DNA of 64,000 nt from Alphaproteobacteria bacterium (lineage in GTDB: Bacteria > Pseudomonadota > Alphaproteobacteria > GCA-2731375), in assembly GCA_965232515.1 (NCBI GenBank), contig CBDDPY010000002.1:4128001-4192000 (forward strand). The letters are read 5' to 3'. Below the pieces are notes generated by a model. That model saw only the letters and a program-made list of their open reading frames with translations. It did no database searches and had not been told where the DNA came from. The position numbers were made by a program, and so were the translations under genes. Shown one piece after another: positions 57,797-64,000 of this stretch; within the stretch, counting starts at the first letter, position 1, and each line of letters opens with the position of its first letter.

Positions 57797-58840
57797 ATGA
57801 TCGTCCTGGGCATCGAAACCAGCTGCGACGAGACGGCGGCGGCCGTGGTGACGGACGCTCGGCTGATCCGCGCCAATGTCGTGCTGAGCCAGATCGACGA
57901 GCACCGGCCCTATGGCGGCGTGGTGCCGGAGATCGCGGCGCGGGCGCATGTCGAACATCTCGACCGGCTGATCGCGCAGGCGCTCGCGGAAGCCGATGTG
58001 ACGCTCGCCGATCTCGACGGCATCGCGGCGACGGCGGGCCCGGGCCTGATCGGTGGCGTGATGGTCGGGCTGGTGACGGCGAAAGCGCTGGCGCTCGCCG
58101 CCGACAAGCCGCTGATCGCGGTCAATCACCTGGAAGGGCATGCGCTGACGGCGCGGCTCACCGACGACGTGGCGTTTCCGTATCTGCTGCTGCTGGTCTC
58201 GGGCGGGCACTGCCAGTTGCTGGTGGTCGAGGATGTCGGCCGCTACCGACGGCTCGGCACCACCATCGACGACGCCATCGGCGAGGCCTTCGACAAGACG
58301 GCGAAGCTGATGGACCTGGGCTATCCCGGCGGCCCTGCGGTGGAGAAGGCGGCGGCATCAGGCGATCCGAAGGCCGTACCGCTGCCGCGGCCGATGCGCG
58401 GACGGCCGGGGTGCGACTTCTCGTTCTCGGGCCTGAAGACGGCGGTGCGGCATGCGCTCGCCGGCCCGACCCCGCCGACGCCCGCCGACATGGCGGCGAG
58501 CTTCCAGGCCGCCGTCGCCGACGTGGTCGCCGACCGGGTGACGCACGCGGCCGAGTTGGCGCGGACGCGGCACCCCGGTCTTGAGACCCTGGTGGTGGCG
58601 GGGGGCGTGGCCGCGAACCAGGCCCTGCGGACGCGGCTGACCGAGATCGCAGATGACCTGGGCCTGCGCCTCGCGATCCCCGCACCTGATCTGTGCACGG
58701 ACAACGCGGCGATGATCGCCTGGGCCGGGATCGAGCGGCTGCGGCGGGGGCTGACCGATCCGCTGGACGCGCCGGCCCGCGCCCGCTGGCCCTTGGACGC
58801 CAATGCCAAGCCGGCACCGTTCGCGGGGGTGAAGGCTTAA
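57797..58840 (+). CDS. tsaD: tRNA N6-adenosine threonylcarbamoyltransferase
   Basis: [47 protein letters not shown]. Confidence 0.96.
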   Translation: MIVLGIETSCDETAAAVVTDARLIRANVVLSQIDEHRPYGGVVPEIAARAHVEHLDRLIAQALAEADVTLADLDGIAATAGPGLIGGVMVGLVTAKALALAADKPLIAVNHLEGHALTARLTDDVAFPYLLLLVSGGHCQLLVVEDVGRYRRLGTTIDDAIGEAFDKTAKLMDLGYPGGPAVEKAAASGDPKAVPLPRPMRGRPGCDFSFSGLKTAVRHALAGPTPPTPADMAASFQAAVADVVADRVTHAAELARTRHPGLETLVVAGGVAANQALRTRLTEIADDLGLRLAIPAPDLCTDNAAMIAWAGIERLRRGLTDPLDAPARARWPLDANAKPAPFAGVKA

Positions 58841-58968
58841 GGGGGGGTGTCGCGCCGGGGAGACGGCGGAACAACCCCATGCACAGGGCGCGTCAAGGAA
58901 AGAGAATGGCGGAAATCCGGGCCGCTTCGACGCTGCCGGAAATGTCGAAATAAGGACCGGCCTGAACG

Positions 58969-59988
58969 CTATTTCAGGTCTTCGATATCGCCGTAGTGCA
59001 GGTCGTCGTCGAGCTGGGCGACCTCGAGCCGGCGCACGCGCTCGAGCGTCATCTCGATGAGCTGCCGGTTGAAGTTGATGAGATCGGCGACCAGACCGAC
59101 CAAAAACGCGATGAAGCCCATGACCACGAAGGCGCCGCCGAGGATCAGCGACTGGATATGCCCGCCGCCCTCGCCGATGGCGTAGAAATAGACGAAACGC
59201 AGGATCGGGATGGCGCCGATCAGGCCGATCACCAGGCCGAGATAGAAAAACACCCGCAGCGGCTGGTACATCGCATACATGCGGATCATCGTGACCAGCG
59301 AACGTTCGATAAAGGCCGGGATACTCTTGAACAGGCGCGATTCGCGGGTCTTGGGGTTGGTGCCGACCGGCACCGACGAGACGGCCAGATGCTTCTTACC
59401 GGCCTGGATCAGCATCTCGATGGTGTAGCTGAAGCTGGAGACGATGTTGAGCTGCATGGCGGCGTCGCGCGAGATCGCGCGAAAGCCGCTGACGGCGTCC
59501 GGGATGGTGGTGCCGGAGGCGGCGCGCACGGCCGAGCTGCCGAGCTTCTGCAGCTTCTTCTTGGCCCAGGAGAAATGCGCGACCTTGTGGGTCTCGCGGT
59601 CGCCGACGACGATCTCGGCTTGGCCGTCGATGATCGGCCGGATCAGCTTGGGGATATCGCCGCCGGCATACTGATTGTCGCCGTCGGTGTTGACGATGAT
59701 GTCGGCGCCAAGGCGCAGGCAGGCGTCGAGTCCGGTGCGGAAGGTGCGCGCGAGGCCGCGGTTGTTGCGGTGGCGGACGATGTAGTCGACGCCGAGCCCG
59801 CGCGCCACTTCGACGGTGCGGTCGGACGAGCCATCGTCGATGATCAGGATCTTGACGGCGCCGACGCCGGCGATATCGCGCGGGATATCGGCCACCGTCT
59901 CGGGCAGCGTGTGCTCTTCGTTGTAGCAGGGGATCTGAACGAAGACCGTCGGTTTCCGAACCGGTTCGACGGCCGCTGGCTGAGACAT
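58969..59988 (-). CDS. GT2 glycosyltransferase (DPM-synthase-like, C-terminal TMs)
   Basis: IPCYNEE, IDDGSSD, NTDGDNQY, DAVSGFRA. Confidence 0.9.
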   Translation of the reverse strand: MSQPAAVEPVRKPTVFVQIPCYNEEHTLPETVADIPRDIAGVGAVKILIIDDGSSDRTVEVARGLGVDYIVRHRNNRGLARTFRTGLDACLRLGADIIVNTDGDNQYAGGDIPKLIRPIIDGQAEIVVGDRETHKVAHFSWAKKKLQKLGSSAVRAASGTTIPDAVSGFRAISRDAAMQLNIVSSFSYTIEMLIQAGKKHLAVSSVPVGTNPKTRESRLFKSIPAFIERSLVTMIRMYAMYQPLRVFFYLGLVIGLIGAIPILRFVYFYAIGEGGGHIQSLILGGAFVVMGFIAFLVGLVADLINFNRQLIEMTLERVRRLEVAQLDDDLHYGDIEDLK

Positions 59989-60175
59989 CAGGTGCAGTTC
60001 CTCGACCCCGGGACGGCCCACTGCCTGTCCGCGTTCACGGGGGTGTGTGTTTTACGGGCCGGAAACTAACATAGGGTAATTCGCGCTTCCAACCGATGGT
60101 AAGCAAACGGTAAACAGTCGCAGCGCAGGATATCCGGACCGGCGATCGCCGGAACCAGCCACAGGCCGTTTTACG

Positions 60176-61489
60176 ATGATCGAACGAGTACGCCGTCAGC
60201 TTCGCGGCGAGATCGCCCGCGGCGCGATCGGCACCTTTGGCCTGAAGGGCTTTCAGACCAGTGTCATGTTTCTGATCAGCCTGAGTCTGGCGCGGCTGCT
60301 GGGCCCCGACGGCTACGGCGCCTATTCCTTCGCCATGTCCTGGGTGAATATCCTGCTGGTGCCGGCCATGTTGGGGCTGCAACCGCTGCTGGTCCGCAAT
60401 ATCGCCGCCTATCAGACCAAACAGGAATGGGGGCTGATGCGCGGCCTGCTGCGGCGCACCTACCAATGGGTGACGCTGGCCTCGCTGACCGTCGTGTCTC
60501 TGGCATTCCTGGTGACATGGCTGCTGTCGAGCCAGATGGAACCGGAAATGCTGCATGCGGTCTGGGTGGCGCTGGCGCTGGTGCCGGTGCTGGCGCAACA
60601 GCGCGTGCGGCAGTCGATCATGCGCGCGCTGCGCCACGTGGTAACCAGCCAGGTGCCGGAGGTCGTGGTTCAACCGCTGCTGTTCGGCGCCTTCCTGGCG
60701 TCGAGTTTCCTGGTCGCCGGCTATGCCTTGACGGCCCCCAACGTCGCCGGCCTGCGCACGGGCGCGGCGATCATCGCGCTGGCCGTGATTTTGATCTGGT
60801 TTCGCAGCGTGCTGCCGAAGGACATCCGGCGGCATGCGCCGCTTTATCGCGACGGACCGTGGTTTCGCGGCAGCCTGTCGATGCTCTGGCACAACGGTAT
60901 GGCCGTGTTCATCATGAACATCGGCACGATTCTCGTCGGCCTGATGGCCGGCGCCGAATCAGCCGGCATCTACAGCCTGGCCAATCTGATCGCCAACCTG
61001 ATCGCCTTCGCCATGGCGTCGATCGACGCACCGCTGGCGCCGTCATTGTCCCGCCTCTATGTGCGGGACGACATGGCCGGCATGCAACGGCTGGTCACGA
61101 AAGCGGCGCGGGCCGCGCTGTTGGCGACGCTCGGCATGACGATCATCTTCGCCATCGGCGGCGAGTGGGCGCTGTCGCTGATCCATCCGCGATTTGCGAC
61201 GGGGTACGAAACCCTGTTGATCCTTTGCACCGGAAAGCTCGTTTTATCGTCGCTTGGCTCGGCAGGCGCCGTCCTGGTCACCACCGGCGATCAACGGAGT
61301 TTGGCGGTCGCCACAACAATTTCAGCCTTGCTGACGACGTCGCTCTGCTTTCTGTTGATACCGATCTGGGGCATCAACGGCGCAGCCGTCGCCGGGATCT
61401 GCGGGCCGTTGGTCACCAAGTCCTACAACGCATTTCGCGTCTATCGCCGGTTGGGACTGAATACGACGGCCATCGGCTCGCTTTCCTAG
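60176..61489 (+). CDS. Polysaccharide flippase (Wzx/MOP family)
   Basis: LARLLGPDGYGAY, 12+ TM, LIPIWGINGAAVA. Confidence 0.88.
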   Translation: MIERVRRQLRGEIARGAIGTFGLKGFQTSVMFLISLSLARLLGPDGYGAYSFAMSWVNILLVPAMLGLQPLLVRNIAAYQTKQEWGLMRGLLRRTYQWVTLASLTVVSLAFLVTWLLSSQMEPEMLHAVWVALALVPVLAQQRVRQSIMRALRHVVTSQVPEVVVQPLLFGAFLASSFLVAGYALTAPNVAGLRTGAAIIALAVILIWFRSVLPKDIRRHAPLYRDGPWFRGSLSMLWHNGMAVFIMNIGTILVGLMAGAESAGIYSLANLIANLIAFAMASIDAPLAPSLSRLYVRDDMAGMQRLVTKAARAALLATLGMTIIFAIGGEWALSLIHPRFATGYETLLILCTGKLVLSSLGSAGAVLVTTGDQRSLAVATTISALLTTSLCFLLIPIWGINGAAVAGICGPLVTKSYNAFRVYRRLGLNTTAIGSLS

Positions 61490-61572
61490 TCGCCGGCCTA
61501 TGGCACGAGCGGGACGCACGCGCTCGCTTCAACATCAGCATCGCCTGGCGCCTCAGGCATCCCGCTCGGCGG

Positions 61573-62298
61573 TCAATCGGGCCGGCGAAGCCGCGGCTTC
61601 TCGGCCAGCACACTGATCGCCAACGGGTAGACGCGCGACCCACGGAGGAAGCCACTGGTCACCAGACATACGGCGCCAGCCAGCCGGGACAGCACGATAA
61701 GCGGCAACAGCAGATACTTCTGACGTCGGGTGACCCGGAAGAAACCACCACGGCTGGTGTGCTGCAACATCAGCGCGACGATACTGAAGTAATTGCCCAG
61801 GCATTCGACTTTCTTGATCTCGAAGTCGCGGAACAGATCGACAAGACCGCTGGGCGTGTAGCGGACGTAGTCGTCCGGCGCACCGTGTATCGGGAACAGA
61901 AACGGTATCGTGATGAATATCCTGCCGCCTGGCTTCAAGGTCCGGTGGACCTCCCTCAACGCCACACGACGGTCGGCGATGTGCTCAAAAACCGAGAGCG
62001 CCGCGTAGTTCTCGACCGACTCGTCAGGCAGATCGATGTCCATGGCGTCCATGAAGATATAGCCGTCCTCTTCGATCATGTTGGCGAGCCGATATTTATC
62101 CGGGTCGCTGGCGAAACCGGCATAACTGTGACCCTTCACCGCGCCGATTTCGATAATGCCGCCTTGCAGATGGCGGTAACCGTCCCTGATGGAGGCGTCC
62201 TGCAGCATGCGCGCCGGCGTCCGCGCGCCGGTCAGGTACGCGATTACATCACTGAGCGCGATCCTTGAATGCCGCTCCTCGATCGTTTGCCCGGACAT
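61573..62298 (-). CDS. Class I SAM-dependent methyltransferase
   Basis: IIEIGA, VFEHI...EVHRTLKPGG, PFLFPIHGAPDDYVRYT. Confidence 0.85.
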   Translation of the reverse strand: MSGQTIEERHSRIALSDVIAYLTGARTPARMLQDASIRDGYRHLQGGIIEIGAVKGHSYAGFASDPDKYRLANMIEEDGYIFMDAMDIDLPDESVENYAALSVFEHIADRRVALREVHRTLKPGGRIFITIPFLFPIHGAPDDYVRYTPSGLVDLFRDFEIKKVECLGNYFSIVALMLQHTSRGGFFRVTRRQKYLLLPLIVLSRLAGAVCLVTSGFLRGSRVYPLAISVLAEKPRLRRPD

Positions 62299-62476
62299 CA
62301 GCAACCTACTCCTACGACAGCTTCGAAGTTCGGCCGGACCGGCGCGCCAGGGCATCGTGCATACCCAACCGCGACCGGCGATCGCGAATACGCCCTGCAT
62401 ACCCCGAAATGCCCTGGTTCGCGACCGACGCCATTGGCCAAAAAAAGGCCACTTTATCGACACTCGAACTGGTCAG

Positions 62477-63601
62477 ATGAAACCCGCATCGTTGCTCGTT
62501 AGAGACCGTACGGTGCAAGCAATGGCAATCAATTCGCCGATTCCCAGTTTGGCTTCTTTGATAAGGCTTCCCAATTCGGAAGGTTTCGTTCGACGGTTTA
62601 CCGGTGAAATCGATCGATCGCGCAACAACGACGATGCGAGAAGCCGTTATCGCGATAAGTTGTCGAACGCCATTCAGCGGCGGTACTACGCGGCACTGAG
62701 ATTTCGCCATCAGCACATCACTTGGCGTGCGCACCCGGCGTCGGCCGTCCAGCCCAAATCGCCCGGTATCCTGATCATCTCGCTGCCGCGCAGCGGTTCG
62801 AGCTGGGTCGGGTCGATCCTTGGCGCCGCCGGCAATGCCATCTATCTGCGCGAACCGCTCAATCAGAGCTATCTTGCCGCCGGCGGCAACGGCACGGTGT
62901 TTCCTGTCGACGACACCCGGCTGCCGCCCGGCTATGCCGACGCGGCCCGCGCCGCGTTCCTCGCCCAACCGACGTTCGACACCGGCATCGCGCCGCATCC
63001 GCAGCAGTGGACGGGCGGGGATCGCAACCGCCGACGCGTGGTCGTCAAGGAGGTCAATCCGTTCGTTTGCGATTGGCTGGCCCGAGCCTACCGGCCGCGC
63101 ATCGTCCTGTTGCTGCGCCATCCGGCCGCGATCGCGCAAAGTTATCATCGCCTGGGCTGGGATCTGTCCTATGCGCCCCTTGGCATCGACCCGAAGGAGT
63201 CGTTCTGGATCCGGCACGGCGACTTTCAGGCCCGGACGCTGAAACATGTCTTGGCGTTCAGCGCCCGCTACCAAGACATCAAGGTCGTGCGTTACGAAGA
63301 CATCTGCGCGGATCCCGTCGCGCAGTTCCGCGCGCTGTTCGACTACGGTCAAATCGCGTGGGATGGCGATATCGAACAGCGGATCCGGCGGCAGAGCACC
63401 AGCAACGATGATCCGTCGAGCTATGCGACCTCGCGGTTCAGCAACACGATGGCCGGTTCCTGGCGACAATCCCTTAGCCCCGTAGAGATCGCCAATGTCC
63501 GGCGCGGCTACTCGCGGCAGATACTGCCGTGGTACCAAACCGACGCGGATTGGGATGGAATTCGGAGCTCGGGCGAAGATAAACGTCGCTCCAGCAGATA
63601 A
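62477..63601 (+). CDS. PAPS-dependent sulfotransferase family protein
   Basis: 5'-PSB loop SLPRSGSSW, REP, 3'-PB LLRHP....S, VRYED; start uncertain. Confidence 0.82.
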   Translation: MKPASLLVRDRTVQAMAINSPIPSLASLIRLPNSEGFVRRFTGEIDRSRNNDDARSRYRDKLSNAIQRRYYAALRFRHQHITWRAHPASAVQPKSPGILIISLPRSGSSWVGSILGAAGNAIYLREPLNQSYLAAGGNGTVFPVDDTRLPPGYADAARAAFLAQPTFDTGIAPHPQQWTGGDRNRRRVVVKEVNPFVCDWLARAYRPRIVLLLRHPAAIAQSYHRLGWDLSYAPLGIDPKESFWIRHGDFQARTLKHVLAFSARYQDIKVVRYEDICADPVAQFRALFDYGQIAWDGDIEQRIRRQSTSNDDPSSYATSRFSNTMAGSWRQSLSPVEIANVRRGYSRQILPWYQTDADWDGIRSSGEDKRRSSR

Positions 63602-63682
63602 CGGAACAAATCACCTGCCAGTTTCGCCGACCAATACCAAGGGCGGGATGATTTTGACGGATCGAATTTGCCCGATCTGCAG

Positions 63683-64000
63683 TTATTGGCGAACCTTCCG
63701 GGCCAAATGCCCGGGAATTTTCGCGACACCGTGCAGCGCCCGCCAAACGTTATATGGCGCGTATTGCAGATAAAGATCGGGATGAACGATATCGAGCCGA
63801 ACACCGTCGCCAAACAAATCCTGCGGCAGTGACCCGCTGATTTTTGTGTAGGCGTCGCCGGTCGCGTAAACGAGCGTATTCTGCCGATACCAGTAAGGTA
63901 TTCGATCGTCGTTCCAGATTGCCGGCCTGACAATGTCCAACGGTCGATAATCGTTTCTTGCGAACTTTTCGGCCCAATAGCTCTGCCATTGCTCGTTAAT
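63683..64000 (-). CDS. Probable methyltransferase, C-terminal part (gene enters from the right edge)
   Basis: Frame open to the edge: INEQWQSYWAEKF...RPAIWNDDRIPYWYRQN, typical of glycan-locus class I methyltransferases. Confidence 0.7.
   Translation of the reverse strand: MNEQWQSYWAEKFARNDYRPLDIVRPAIWNDDRIPYWYRQNTLVYATGDAYTKISGSLPQDLFGDGVRLDIVHPDLYLQYAPYNVWRALHGVAKIPGHLARKVRQ

Overview
High-GC chromosomal window of an alphaproteobacterium, probably Rhodospirillales-like (inferred from the hemC-hemD-alphaMic60-hemY cluster divergent from tsaD, mipZ, a CtrA-type box and a DUF1127 gene). It carries about 60 CDSs and one tRNA-Thr(CGT): two paralogous TRAP-transporter catabolic clusters, the prkA-yeaH-spoVR triad, several two-component genes, an orphan parA/partner pair next to mipZ, and a glycan-modification region at the right end. 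No integrase, transposase or CRISPR array was seen. The best candidate for an undescribed system is 19.7-24.4 kb. It has a PqqD/RRE-HprK-like kinase fusion translationally coupled to a GMC oxidoreductase, an NTP_transf_5-type nucleotidyltransferase, and between them a 59-aa twin-arginine-leader peptide with its own consensus sigma-54 promoter and an inverted-repeat enhancer; this reads as a putative RiPP-like peptide-modification cassette. Also notable: a FecR-OmpA-CHASE2 kinase-FixJ-like trans-envelope module, up to three unannotated structured RNAs with C-rich loops, a ParA-partner membrane/SPOR protein, and several enzymes lacking canonical catalytic residues. All family calls come from motif recognition by eye; no searches were run, and start codons are best estimates.
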